Shown: positions 1 through 12,723, counted from the first letter of the stretch. The stretch: DNA of 64,000 nucleotides from Squalus acanthias (GCA_030390025.1 CM059431.1:122576001-122640000); one strand, 5' to 3'. The notes: a model not told the origin generated them from the letters alone. Numbers and translations are program-made.

Positions 1-18
1 CCTTGAAGTCAGAACCAA

Positions 19-610
19 GGGGGTAAAAATTGGGTAGCGCCCCCTTTGGGCTGATTTTAGCGCCTCGGAAAAGTTAGCGCCCGCGCGGCCAATTTTCCCA
101 GGTAGCTCCCCGAGAGGAAGGAGGGGCACGACTGGAAGCGCCCCGCATCCCTCTTGGGGTGCTGAGAGCCAATATCGTGGTGCTACATGGCGCTGCGACA
201 CGTCGCGCCGCGGTACTGCAGGCCTTCCTCCCTTTATTAAAGGGGAGGGGCCTGGTGCAGTGCGTCCCGGCGCCCAGCTGGGCCACCAGAGATCGGGAGT
301 GCTGGCAAACGAGCCCGGCACTCAAGATGAGTGCTGGGCTCACGGAGAGCAGCCGGCACCCCGCAGGGGGGCTTCACGGGGGCCGGGGACAGCAACGGGG
401 GAAGGTGCTGGCAGGCAGCCAGCAACAAAATGGCCGCCCACCACTCCCCTTTAACTAGCGCCGCTCCGGCCGCAGGTAGTTCCCCCTGACCCCGGTGGAC
501 ATAGCATCTGGCGGTTAGTCGGGGGGCGCCACCCAATATTACAGCCGGGGCGCGAGCGGGGCGCTGCGCACGGCGATGACGGGAGGCGCAAATCAACCGA
601 ATTTAGCCCC
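19..610. mobile_element. Harbinger-type MITE, family A (GC-rich), copy 1, internally deleted
   Basis: Ends GGGGGTAAAAATT / AATTTAGCCCC; 3-bp TSD CAA (16-18, 611-613); clearly similar to 7877-8649, 10240-10923 and 43497-44090. Confidence 0.85.
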
Positions 611-1043
611 CAAGGCCTTCTCTATTTGCAGCACCACTCCCTGGCACCTCACCAACGTTAAGCAACTCTAGAAAGCTCCAAACACTTCTTCAAACTTACA
701 CAGAGCCAGTAGAAATTAATCAGCAACTAACTTTAGAGTGGTTGCTGATCCCTTTACATATCGTTGGTGGGAGTTCCTTGCTGCTGCTGGACGCATGACA
801 GGGCGTTAGCTCCAGCGTTGACAACAAAAATGGCAGTGCTGGCATCAAATCAGCGTTGCACGCTGTTTAACGTCACAATCTGCCCAATCAACATACTTCT
901 AACGCCCGCCCTACCGTCGTTACCAAGGTGGCATCCGGTGCGGCACACACCAGAAGTGTGCGCGCAGCCCATAAGCCATTTTTGTCACAAAATGGCACCC
1001 GTAGTGCTGAAAAGTCGGGTGTTACGGAGCTGAATTTCTCGTA
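611..1043. mobile_element. Terminal remnant of an older Harbinger-like element, host of MITE A copy 1
   Basis: Resembles the transposase-upstream region at about 3930-4040 and 4806-5110; ends in a TIR-like GCTGAATTTCTCG. Confidence 0.45.
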
Positions 1044-1196
1044 ATTAATATGACTTGCATAAGATTGGGTTCTCTCTGCTTTTCATGTCGTGCTACAGAG
1101 CGTGTACTTTCTACAGCACACAAAGTGGATATCATTTTGAAACTACATAAATCTGGGTTTGATCTTTCAAACAAAAGATATAAAATCTCATAGGAA

Positions 1197-1400
1197 TGGG
1201 TAGTGTAGTGGATGAGAACATGGTTCTTTCATCTCAGAGAACTGAATTTGAATCAAGCCCAGAATGATGAAATGAAAGACTCTTCCTCCTGGTTGTTGTC
1301 GGGCCTGAGTGAGATGAGTGCGGATAATTTCAACCCAGTGGCTTGAGGTCTTGCAGCACAAAGCTTCCCATAACTCAGCACCAATTGACATTGAAACTGT
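1197..1400 (+). mobile_element. LF-SINE-like ancient tRNA-derived SINE fragment
   Basis: Motifs CTTTCATCTC, TTTGAATCAAGCCCAG, GGCCTGAGTGAGATGAGT and GCACCAATTGACA occur in the same order as in the LF-SINE consensus as I recall it. Confidence 0.55.
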
Positions 1401-2599
1401 CACTTAAGGAAATAAAACATTGACAGTGGGTCGACGAGGAACCTGTTTGCTGGCATTGAATTTCCTCACTCTAGATCAGCACACACGTTCATGAAAAACC
1501 TAGAGTGGGAGGTTTGTGCTTGGGCATAAATAATCGTGCCTCATGGAGCATATAGAAGATTGTATTACTGGTGTGCGGTCCTCCTTGTGTAATTTACCTC
1601 TTTGCTCTCACCAAGGCGATTATATTCGCTTCGGTACAAAAGAGGAAAAACTGCTCCTTTTCTTCTCAAAAAACTCTATTATTACAAATTATGCCATTAT
1701 GACTTAATGTTATTACATCCTTTCCCCTGGACCTGGCAGCAGCTTCATTGCAGCCAGTGTAGGTGTTGTAAATAAAATGAAGTGTTCATTAGAAAAATAA
1801 TTTTCTTGCTTCCAATGTGTTTGTAATCATAAGATTAGATTGTATAATAATTAACCAAATCATATAAAGGAGGAGAGTACGCCTCAAAAAAAATCGAGTA
1901 CTTATACCTCAACCAGCAGTATTACCCGTGCTGACTATCCAATAACTCGGATTTTGCAGTCAGCGGAGAAGGAAAGGCACTCGCCTTTCACTACGCTGAC
2001 AGCTGCCTACAGACTTTTTGCGAGCTTTTGAGCGGTGACTTGCTGTCATCGGGCATCTGATCCAGCACAGCGTGCTCGACAGGGCATCTGTGGAGTGTGT
2101 GGGCAGGTCAGGCAACAACGTGGCTCCTCAGCCAATCAGATTGAGGAATCCTCACTGAGACACGCAGGGGGAACAATTGGACATTGACAGAAATCTGCCA
2201 ATGACACGGGTTTACGGCCGGTGAAAATGGCCGCAGCACTACCAGGCAAAAGTTCGCGCTGGGGCCTGGAGATTTTTAGCGCAGCGCTAACTTACCATGT
2301 AACGCCCTCCTGGTGGCGTTAGTGGAGGCGTCCGACCTGAAGTTCCCGTCCAGGAGCGACGTTGCAGCTTCTTACTGCCTCTGAGAGCGAGGATGTCGAG
2401 TTGGTAAGGAATTGTGGGCAATTAAAAGGGCTATGAATTAAAGGGGCAATGCGTTCAAAACTAATAAAAAATAAAATCAATTGAAAAAATGCATTTTGCA
2501 GCCCTTACTGCCTTTCAAAATAAAACATAAACATTAAAAATAATTTCCAAATGGCAGTCTTCAGCTCTTAAAGCTGAATTGTCTTCCGCACCAAAAAAA

Positions 2600-2840
2600 A
2601 TGGTAAAAGTGCCTCAGCACTAACACAAATGGCTCAGCAAGCCAGGGAAGGGGCACTCCAGCTTTGCACAGGGGGTCAACATTGCAAGAGAGGTCCTCTA
2701 CCCACAGGGGCCACGAGGCCCTCCATAAAAAACGATGTGGGACCACATCATCGAGGCCAACACTGCCAGCAGTGTCAGCCCCACCATCTGGCTCCAGTGC
2801 CCAAAGAAACTTCATGACCTCAGACCACTGGTCAAGGTCA
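2600..2840 (+). pseudogene. Harbinger Myb/SANT-like DNA-binding protein exon, frameshifted
   Basis: Translation MWDHIIEANTASSVSPTIWLQCPKKLHDLRPLVK fits the W..I.......S...R.W.QC.KK..DL pattern; followed by donor-like AAG/gtcagt. Confidence 0.7.
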
Positions 2841-3794
2841 GTGAATGCATCTTCAAGAGCCATCTCCTACCAACTGCACCACTAGCCTCACACAATGTTC
2901 AATGCACAGTCCCCCACCACCCCCGCCCCCCGCAACCCCGGACACAATCACTCACCTACCAACAATCTGTACCAATCACAAGGCACAACTCCCATTCCTG
3001 GCCTCACCAATCCCCCGGAGGAGATGCTGCAGGTCATTCTTGGCAGGGGCAGGGCTGATCCCTTGGCTACCGGTGGGTCTGAAAGGATACAAGATGCTGG
3101 TATCCTCATATGTTATCCTCCTTCTGGCATGCACCTCTTGCTTTCCCGCCCTCCCCTCACCACAACTCCACCCTTGAGCCTTCTTCATTTCACACTCCCA
3201 AGAAATTCAGCCTGCCCAGCCAATGCTTGGCCAAGAGGAGGGAGAGGAGAATGAAGAAGAAGTAGAAGAAGAAGAAGATTGATTTGACATTTCCAGCCAC
3301 CAGATCTTCAAGGTCGACCAGCAAGGCCATTTGCAGTGTCCCCCACTGAAAGTCAGCAGCCTTCCACCAGCCATGCTGCAGCCACTGGGGTAACACTGCA
3401 TGACATCAGTAGGATAGGCAAAGGCGCACACAAGATAGTCACTAAGGGAATGCTTAAGGGTGATGAGTTGATTTCTTGATGTAATATTAGATGGATAGAT
3501 GTATAAAGTTGAATTTGAAAGTTTGCTTTGTGGTGGCTTTTATTTCAGCATTGTGGCCAAGAGGATGCTGTGATGGTCAGTAACAGATGAAAGGTAAGGT
3601 GTGGGACAAATGTTGAAAGGAGAATTGGGGTTGTGGTCACTGGGAAGGTAGCAGGATGATTTCATCCCGGATATCCCGGCCACAAAGGGGCTGTCTGGGT
3701 TGCATCCTTCCTCTGCTTCCTCCTCTTTGTCTCCCTCCTCTTCTGTTTCTTCCTCTTCTGTTTCTTCCTCTTCCCTCTGCGAGCGGATGCTGTA

Positions 3795-3932
3795 AATCTG
3801 AAATGACAGCATAAAATGTTGGAAATACGCAGCAGGTCAGGCAACAACTTGACCTGAGATGTGAACTCTGTTTCTCTCTCCATGAATGTTGCCTGACCTG
3901 TTGAGTATTCGCAGCATTTTCTGTTTTGTCAG
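3795..3932. mobile_element. Short palindromic element (MER6-like chondrichthyan repeat), central part deleted
   Basis: Inverted arms AAAATGTTGGAAATACGCAGCAGGTCAGGCAACA / TGTTGCCTGACCTGTTGAGTATTCGCAGCATTTT. Confidence 0.65.
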
Positions 3933-4046
3933 AGGACTTCCTTTACCATCCGAGGCCTTCCAAGCATCCAGCAGCACTACCAACACACTTAAAAAACATG
4001 TAACATCTATTGAAGCAAGCCACTACTTCAATAAAATCAAAAATAA

Positions 4047-4803
4047 CGGGCTCGATTTTGTCATTGGGGCGGGCTGGGGTCGTGTCATCCGCTTTTCGTG
4101 TTAGCCACCCGACTCCAATTGAACGTGGGAGAATTATGTGATTTTCCCCTAATTGAGCAATTGAGTTCCAGCATGTGGGAACCCATGACCAAATTAGTTT
4201 TTTCAGTCTGAAAGTCGCCTCTGATGATGTCATCATTGCTGCTGCATTTAAGGTCTGCAAAGACTGGGAAGCTTTTGGCCTTTGCTGTGAGAGGGACCTG
4301 GAGGCAAAATGAGCAGCAGGAGACCTAAGTCTGCTCCCAGATTCTTTTTGTACCACCACCACCATCACCACCACCACCATCACTACTCCAGGCTCCAAAC
4401 TTCCACAACAATGGTTATGACTACTAAAAGTTCCCCCAGAATGATGATTGATCAAATCTCCTTCTTAATGGTGGACATGCGGCTGATAGTCAGCAATCAA
4501 GTGTGCTACCACCAGGTTTCACCGTCGTGTTCCAGAGGAGGCATGCATCACGTCGGAAAAGTGTTAAAATCAGAAAGGCCTCTCAAAATGGGATTATAGA
4601 GGCAATTAAGTGGTTGTTAAGGGCCTTAAGGGCCTATCCCACCTCTTGGAGGCGGGACGGAGATGGGATCAGAAACCACGCATTTGGGAAAATTGCTCGG
4701 AGGCGGGATGGAGGCGGGGTCGGGCCCGCCCGCCATTTTTTGCAATTTTAACACCCCACACGCCTCCATTCCCGCCTCCTCGGGCCTGGTAAAATCGAGC
4801 CCG
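4047..4803. mobile_element. Harbinger-type MITE, family C, nested in a Harbinger element
   Basis: Perfect 13-bp TIR CGGGCTCGATTTT / AAAATCGAGCCCG; TSD TAA (4044-46, 4804-06); internal (CAC)n tract at about 4353-4384. Confidence 0.88.
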
Positions 4804-7590
4804 TAACCAGTCCAAAAGTTTAAATGCAAACTTACCTGAATGCTGTGTGTGTCGCTTTAAGAGGTGCTGATAGTGCCTCTGTTAGTCTGCTTGCACGATG
4901 GGTTTACCTGGCATGCTTAGGTCCCAGCGTTGAACTCAGCGCTAAGGTCGAAGTTCGCAGTGGTGACGTTAAGTTGGCGTTGCACGCCGACTGACATCAC
5001 CACGCCGCCATCTTTTTTCAGGGCGCTACTTAAGAACAGCAGTGCTACTGGGACATCGTAAATGGAGGACGCCATGGGACCTGCCACCAGATGACGGAAG
5101 AGCGGCCGCCGCCAATTTCTTGACTTAACACTGTGCTAATGGGTGGCACTAAGAATCTAAACCAGGAAGTATAAACCAGGAAGTATAAATTAGATTTAAA
5201 TCATGTACAGAAAGCAAAATAAAGAGAGGGAAAGAAAGATAGGATTAAGAGAGTGATAAAAGAGACAGAAAGAAAAATCTCCAACACTAATTAAATTCTG
5301 AAGGACTGAGACTCAATACTTCTAAAATTAAATTTTTAGTGCCAGATAGGTTGTTTGGCAGTAATTAAGACTTATTACACTGTTAACAATTCATTTACAC
5401 CTGAAATCACCAGCCCTAACTTTTTCTGCCATGTTTAGGGGTAACTAGTGGGTAAGTACAGCAACTTCACGCCCTTACATGAATTTCAATAGCGAGTTTC
5501 TTGGTGAGGTGCTGTTACAGCGCAGCATGTGGAGGAGCAGGGTAACTCAGACAGCAACTTCCTGATTTCCGCGTTTAACTGCGCATGTGCGGACTCCAGA
5601 AGTTGCTGTCCGATTTACTCCATTATAAGGGTGAGCACTGAGAGCCTCACCGTTATTCTCAACGCAAAATCCGGGCCTCCATATCTATAGTTAATCGCAT
5701 AGCGTTAAATTCTTTGGACATGGGCTATTGAAAATTATTTTTCATTAATTCATATGATGGAGATAGGATCTCATAAATTCCTTTGAATGAATGCAGTAAA
5801 ATTCAGGTACCCTTCTGGATGCTGTTTCAGCAGATCATTATTCTGATGGGCTGTGTCAAAATATTGAGAGGGTTGAGATTTCACCTCCTCCACTCCCTTG
5901 CTTCCATTAGTCCCCAATCCATACATTTGCTTCATGAGTTCTTTGATACTGTTTGATGCAAATTCTTCATCATTGTGCTTTCCCAGTGAGAATTACCAGA
6001 TGGATATTGATAAGTGGCATTATCCTAGCTCCCTTAGCACTGCAAAACCACTCAATTACTATTATATACTATTGTGAAAGCACTTTGTTCAATTGCACTT
6101 GATTAACAAAGTAGACTGAACGATGTTTCAAATCTTGCATTGTCTTTCAGTAAAATATAGTGACTACAGCAATGAATGCTGTAATCTCCTTCTCATTAGT
6201 ATATCAGTGGACTGCCTGAGATAGATTATCCTGATGCCACAACACAAAGTCATAAACCCTGCTGGTAAACTTCAGAAACTGGCAACAAAACTGAACATTC
6301 CACTGACAATTTGCTGGAACGCCACATTTATTTCCAGACGTTGTTATCACTTATAGAACAGAGACCTCAGGAGTAGATCTCATGATCAGTATTCACTACA
6401 GTATTATGCATTAAACATAATGGTACAAGAAGCTGAAAACAATTCTTTATTATTCTACACTGAGCCTCAGTAATTGCACATTTATATCACTGTTTAAAGC
6501 TTCCGAGCAACACCAGAACATTAGCAATTCCAGCTAGACAGAGAGAGGAAACAGGTCTCACAGGCATATCAGTCATTTGAAAACTTATCGAGTGCTAGTG
6601 CTTCATCAAAACTATTTTCACACAGATGGTTTTTCAAGAATAACATTTCTAAAAAATGAAGATTTCTGCCCATAATGAGGATAAAGAATGTCTCTTTGTG
6701 AAAAAAAAAATGATTTAATAATTTGTTATGATGGAGTAATACTAACAGAGTATTCTAAAATAAAAATTAAGAAACAGCGATTCTTATTGCTGGAATAATA
6801 AGAATGTGCTGCAAAGGGATGTTTATGTGATAAAACCGAGATCTGTCCTATTTCAAATGATAACATTTCCATATTATATCTGTTCACTCAAAAATCTAGT
6901 TTCTGTTAACGGTTATAGTCACATTAGACCTTTCTGTGGAATTGGATGTATAATTGATGTGGCAACACTTCTATTCCCACAGCAATGTGCTCCTGACCTC
7001 AGACAATCTTCTGGCCTCAGTCATTGAAATATCTCTGGCAGGCTCTCTGGCCTTTGCCAGGGGGTCTGCCAGTGGTGAGGGTGGAGCTTTGCAATGGCAG
7101 CTTCTGAGGTGTCATTGTCTGTGCAAGGTTTTCTGGATTTAAAAAAATATTAATCTTCCCCTTCCACTACCATAGTAATATTGGATGCCAGTGTAGATTT
7201 CGCAATTATCACGATTTTAATAATAAGGAGAGAAGCAAGTTTAATTGAACATTTTATTGAACAAAATGGCTGCAGTCCAACGAAAGGCTGCTACTTTTTA
7301 AAAAGTAGCAGCCTTGTAAAATGGCCGCCGAGCATCGTGACAGGCTTTCCAGAACATTGTGAGCACTCAGCCACTGCAGTAAAAAAAAACCGCGAAAACC
7401 AGTCGCAGTGGCTCAGACAAGAAGGCGCTGGAAATACATTTATAATGAGATCATGCACAGTACAGATTGGGAAGGCAGTATGCAACCCATTTACGTTTTG
7501 GACAGAACAATAAACTAAGTGCTTGACTCGTTTTAAATGCACGGTGAGGAGTCGTTGCACCGGGCGGTCGGGGCCCATCCAGACGCATCG

Positions 7591-7777
7591 TTATACAAAT
7601 TCCACCCAGCCCAACAAAGAGAAAGACATTAACGGGTGGTTGGGCCAGTTTCGAGTGATCCCGAAACCAGTTGAGGAGACAATTATATAAATTCCACCCA
7701 GCCCAACAAAGAGAAAAACATTAACGGGTAGTTGGGCCAGTTTTCGAGTGATCCCGAAACCAGTTGAAGAGACAATT
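7591..7777. repeat. Two-copy ~92-bp direct repeat in the putative LTR U3
   Basis: TTATACAAATTCCACCCAGCCCAACAAAGAG...GACAA at 7591 and again at 7683, with few mismatches. Confidence 0.9.
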
Positions 7778-7876
7778 ACCCCATACCGAGAACTTTGGGC
7801 GCCAAAATTAAACAAAGACAGCATCTTGATTTGGGCGGGAGATAAGGCCCGTTCCAACAGTATAACTATAGACTAA

Positions 7877-8649
7877 GGGGTAAAAATTGAGTCGCGCCCC
7901 ATTTGGGGCGCTAACCTCGCCGGGGCGCGACTTTTAGCGCCCCGAAAAAATTAGCGGCCCCGCGCCGGAACTTCAGTGGTTGCGCCCCAAGAGGGAAGCG
8001 GGGCGCAACTGGAAGCAGCCCGCATCCCTCTTGGGGCGCTGCGAGTGAATATCCTGGCGCTACGTGCCGCAGCGCCACGCGCTGCGGCACGTCGCGCCGC
8101 GGTATTGCAGGCCTTCCTCCCCTTCTTAAAGGGGAGGGGCCTTGCGCAGCGCGAACCGGGGCCCAGCTGGGCTCCCAGGGATCGGGAGTGCCGGCAAAAG
8201 AGCCCGGCACTCAAGAGAAGTGCCGGGCTCTTGGAGCGCAGCCGGCACTTCACGGTGGGGGGGCTTCACGGGGGCCGGGGACAGCAACGGGGGCAGGTGC
8301 TGGCAGGCGGCCAGCAACAAAAATGGCCGCCTGCCACCTCCCCTTTAAATATCGCCGCCCCGGCCGCACGTACGCCCCCCTGAACCCGTCGGACATAGCG
8401 TCTGGCGGTAAATCAGGGGGCGCGACTGAAGATCACGGCCGGGGCGCGAGCGGGGCGCTGCGCACGGCGATGACGTCATCGCCGGCGGCGCAGCGCCACA
8501 GGGCGCTACCGGCTGCCGCCGCCGCTAACCTCCCACTAAATTTTTCGGGAGGCGTGGGCGGCGCTGCGCCCGGGCGTTAGCTGCTTTACGCCCCATTAGC
8601 GCCCATTTAAGGCGCTAACGGGAGGCGCAAGCAGCTGAATTTTTCCCCC
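7877..8649. mobile_element. Harbinger-type MITE, family A, copy 2 (most complete)
   Basis: GGGGTAAAAATT...AATTTTTCCCCC ends; TSD TAA (7874-76, 8650-52). Confidence 0.9.
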
Positions 8650-10239
8650 TAAGAATGTCCATCAGGTTTGCTCGTCTTGGGCAGAGGCTCACATTCGGTC
8701 AGGAACGGAACCTCAGGACGAGTCACCTCGACACAGCAGGCAGCAGGGCACGCCATCCCGATCGTCGGTAATCGGTGTCCGGATCCATCATGGCAACGCA
8801 GCGGTGTGTTCCCGAACGACCAGCCGCTGTCAGTCAAGAAGGCAGTAACTTCGGCTAAACGAGGCCCGAGCGACGAGAAGAATTCCAAGTAGGAGCCGGC
8901 ACGGTCAGTCAAACCCCGACCGCGCCTGAAGATAAACGACGAAGTAGGTTCAAACCCACTCTTTGAATCCTACAGACTACTTCATGACATCAGGAAAGAC
9001 AGGCCTTTTCTTCTGGTTATTTGAGCGAATAGCCTGGGCCATCCGCGACGAACGTTCATCAGGGCTGACCTGGGTGGGTCCATCGCGGCAGCGAGAGTAA
9101 ACAAGTCGTGCCCAGAAGCTCCCACAGCCACGTGGCAGCCAGGGGCTGCAACGAAAAGCTGCGAGCCTCATTTTAAATTCCGAAATAACCCGAGTGGTGA
9201 GCATGTTTCCTGATCCTACAAATCCAGACTTAGTTTAGGCATTATAGGGGAGGGTGGGTTTTAAGGGTAATTTGTAATGTGTTATCCCCTTTACGATGTG
9301 CCGTGTGTTCCCCGTTTGTAGATTTATAGACGTGTGTATACTTGTAATTTCTTTGATCAGCGCATATGACATGTATTTCATTATTTTGGACACCGTACAA
9401 TAAAGGCATTCATTTCGTATTATTCAACCAGGTCTATTTGAGTCTTTCTCTGCATTACTGCTCCTTTGCATCTAAGTCCAGGTGTCAGAACCGTAAGGGC
9501 GAGTGGGTCGAACCACTCACGGGTGATTATTGCAAGAGGTCTGGCCGGAGACCAGAGCAAGCAATAGCAAAGAATCACAGGCCACGAAACCCCTCACACC
9601 AGGGACGAATAGGTGTTCACGTATCTAATCGTGCTATGGCTCAAATGTGAAGCAATACATTGGAAGACGTATTTCCATCAAATGTATTTCATTTCAATAC
9701 ACCCACCCATATATTAGCCAACCTTCCAGCAGGAAATCGAATGGGCAGGGATACACCAAGCAGCAATGGGATTTCTGCTAAGAAGCCATTTTTGTATCAA
9801 CCATTTCCATCCATAACATGACAGTTTTGAGATTGCTGCTCCTATTTTCGGAAACTGCATGCCCAAGCCACTGTAGCAGGAAGGTAAAGAGAGCCAATAT
9901 TTTCTTTTGTCAAATCTTGTTTAATGCACTCTGAAAATCTTGCAACAATTTAATAGGTTTATCTCCGAGAACAGTTTAATGCACTGGCGAAAGTTAGGTA
10001 CTGAATTTGTTGTTTCCATTTGCCATTTTAATTTGCTTCTGTGTATATTTCTTTCAAACAAATCATAGTTTAATCTGAAATCTCTTATGATCTGTCTCCA
10101 TGGTGCTTTTCTTCCTATTAAAGATATCAGGAACAAACAATGGACAATCTGCACTATATCTGGTACAATGAAGAATGAAAGGGTAAATTGTTAGCTCTGT
10201 CATATGCTACGTTCCATTTTACTACACATGGTAAGCTAA

Positions 10240-10923
10240 GGGGGGGGAAATTTGGTCACACCCCCTTTGGGGCGCTAACTTCGCCGTGGCGCTACCCCGA
10301 AAAAGTTAGCACCCCCACGCCGTAAATTGAGTAGTAGCGCCCCAAGCAGGAGGCGGTGCGCTACTGGAAGAGCTCCCCCTCCCTCCTGAGGCACTACCAT
10401 TCAATATTGTGGCGCTACGGGCAGCAGCGCCACGCACGTCAGCATGTAGCACAAGTATTGTATTACAAGCCTCCCTCCCCTGATTAAAGGAGAGAGGCCT
10501 AGCGCAGCGCGCACCGGGGCCCTGCTGGACCACTGGGGAGCAGGGTGCTGGGAAATGAGCCTGGCACTCAAGAGGAATGCCGGGCTGACTGATCGCGGCT
10601 GGGACCCCGCATAAGGAGGCAAAAGGGGGCAGGTGTTGCAGGCGGCCATTTAATTAGTGCTGCCGCGGCCGCAAAAGCACCACCCTGACCCTGTCGGACA
10701 TATTGTCCAGTGGTAGGTCAGGGGGCGCGACCGAAGTTAGTGGCTGGGGTGCGAGCTGGGCGCTGCGCACGCCGATGATGTCATCGCCGGAGGCGCAGCG
10801 CCACAGGGCGCTACCGGCTACTGCCGCCGCTAACCTCCCACTGAATTTCGCAGGAAGCGTTAGCGGCGCTGCGCCCGGGCGCTAGAGGCTTTGCGCCCCA
10901 TTAACGCAACCCAATTTTCCCCC
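10240..10923. mobile_element. Harbinger-type MITE, family A, copy 3
   Basis: GGGGGGGGAAATTTGG...CCAATTTTCCCCC ends; TAA/CAA flanks; similar to copy 2. Confidence 0.85.
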
Positions 10924-11789
10924 CAAGGTTTGGTTCACAAGAGACATGGGGCCTGTGTATGGAAGCTGTCTTTTGCTGTGAACACCAGGGAGCAGGGTAT
11001 TTGAAAATAAATAGTTTGAATGTGCAAACTTAACAGAGAGTTGTAGTCACTACCAGGACAGATGCTTATAGATTCAAGTCAGCACCCTAACCACTAAAGA
11101 ACAGTATCAGTTTGAACATGGGGTTAATTTTCAAAGGGTTTATAATGACCCCAAGTCACTTCACTCATTAAATGGTCATAACTTGGCTTTGCATCAATTT
11201 GTTGCTGTAGTGGTATTTTCAAAAACAAATTTATGGTATTATCAGGGGTCGATGAAAATTTATATTTTAATAATATAGGTATGAACCAAATTGGGACACT
11301 TTGCCACCAGGCACATGTACCAACTTGGAAAGCTAGCTAAAGCAGACTAACAACTCCAAAAAAGCTTCCAACACTCTTGTGTTCACAACAATTTATAATA
11401 ATGCAACTAAGTGCTCAGGTGATTTATAGCACATGTATGTTAGTGTTTTATAATGTACCTTGTGTTATGGCTCTATATTAAGCTGAAACCTAAACAGTTA
11501 AGGCATTCTGTTGCAGTTTTAATAAACTGGCTTTGGTTGCATTAAAAATGTGCATTCAAACTAGGTCATGAAGGTGCAAAGGATTAGATAAACGTGACTG
11601 AAGCCCAGTCTAGACTAGAAACTGCAAAGAATTTTGATTACATATACTCACATTAACATATTGCTGTATAATTTTATAATAGTTATTTTCACCACCTTCA
11701 TTTGTTTGATAAATTTTGAAATAAACATTAATTAGACCATTGCCAGTTTTGATTAGACATGATTATTCTATAAAACATGTGGACATAAT

Positions 11790-12355
11790 AGGCTAGGACT
11801 TACTGGCAAAATAACGGCGAGTTTAATGCACAAGCTGTTATTAGTGTGTAAATATCCCAGCAATTTGTGGAGAGGAAGAGATAGCCCATGAGTTGTGAAT
11901 TGCCACAAATTGCTGGATGATTTGCGCCACTCTGCCATTAGCCTTGTGAAAATGAGAGCTGCCCTCAACCTCCCCATGTGTTTCAAGAAATTACTACATT
12001 TGCGCTGTTAAAATGAATTAAGCTCATCACAGAAAGTTGGGGCTGTTACTTCACGATGTAAGGACCCTTTTAATGCTACTCAACCTCTCCGGGTCAGAAA
12101 GGGAATAATCAAAACTGTGGAGTCTCATTCCTGCAGGTAGTAAATTATTCCTAGAGGTTTATACAATTTAAAATTTAATTTTTTAAAACTCTTTTTATAC
12201 TTTCCCTTTCTGTCTCTTTTTGCTCTCTCTTAATCCAATCTTTCTTTTCCTCTCTTTATTTCTCTTTCTGTATCTAATTTGACTTTAATTCACCCTATTT
12301 CCTTCATTGTCATTCGTGTTTCTTTCTTTAGCCGTAAATCTCATTGGTTAAGGAC
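11790..12355. mobile_element. Truncated non-autonomous DNA element related to 5180-5677
   Basis: Shared block (CTCTCTCTTAATCC, GAGTCTCA) in the opposite orientation to 5200-5320. Confidence 0.5.
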
Positions 12356-12723
12356 GTAGGGGGAAAACTTTGGTTGCTTTGCGCCTCCCGTTAGCGCCCT
12401 AAGTCACCATCACATCCCCATCACTCTGCCTTCCCAAGCTTACTCCTGCACATCATTACTCACACCAACATACCTTGCACGTCCACCCATCTCACTCTCA
12501 CTATCTACATACGCACATCCCCATCTGACTAACCTCCCCTCATACTCACCCTCATCCTAATGCAATCATACCCACTAACAGCACACAAGGAGGCCACTTT
12601 GCATTGGCACTTTGGTATTGGCACCACACTCCCTCATCGCCACCCTCTACAGATGTAAACCACACATTCCTTACACTCATGCCATCACTCTCACCCAAAC
12701 ATCTCTTCTTTCCCTCCTTGCAG

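Larger units (their letters stand above)
2165..5160. mobile_element. Internally deleted PIF/Harbinger transposon (Myb/SANT gene on +, acidic transposase C-terminus on -)
   Basis: Myb/SANT-like remnant at 2600-2840; Glu-rich tail on the minus strand at about 3660-3780; convergent layout as at 12410-16912. Boundaries approximate. Confidence 0.65.
1944..5677. mobile_element. Non-autonomous DNA element split by a Harbinger insertion at about 2165-5160
   Basis: Terminal inverted match CGGATTTTGC / GCAAAATCCG. The 5180-5677 part is reverse-complement similar to 11790-12355. TSD not resolved. Confidence 0.55.
7545..9596 (+). mobile_element. Probable solo LTR (about 1.28 kb net), interrupted by MITE A
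   Basis: TGAGG...CCTCA termini; 92-bp tandem duplication; TATAACTATA at 7861; AATAAA near 9400; CpG-rich. TSD imperfect (CACGG/CACCA). Confidence 0.6.

Noticed and set aside
4309..4599. Poly-His ORF
   Set aside because: (CAC)n microsatellite inside a MITE.
7911..8580. Overlapping ORFs in GC-rich segments (also 74-596, 10306-10885, 43460-43876)
   Set aside because: MITE A copies; frames are not preserved between copies and show no domain motifs.
10124..10182. Exon-like segment (+) DIRNKQWTICTISGTMKNER
   Set aside because: Mediocre splice signals, unrecognised peptide, no coherent gene model.
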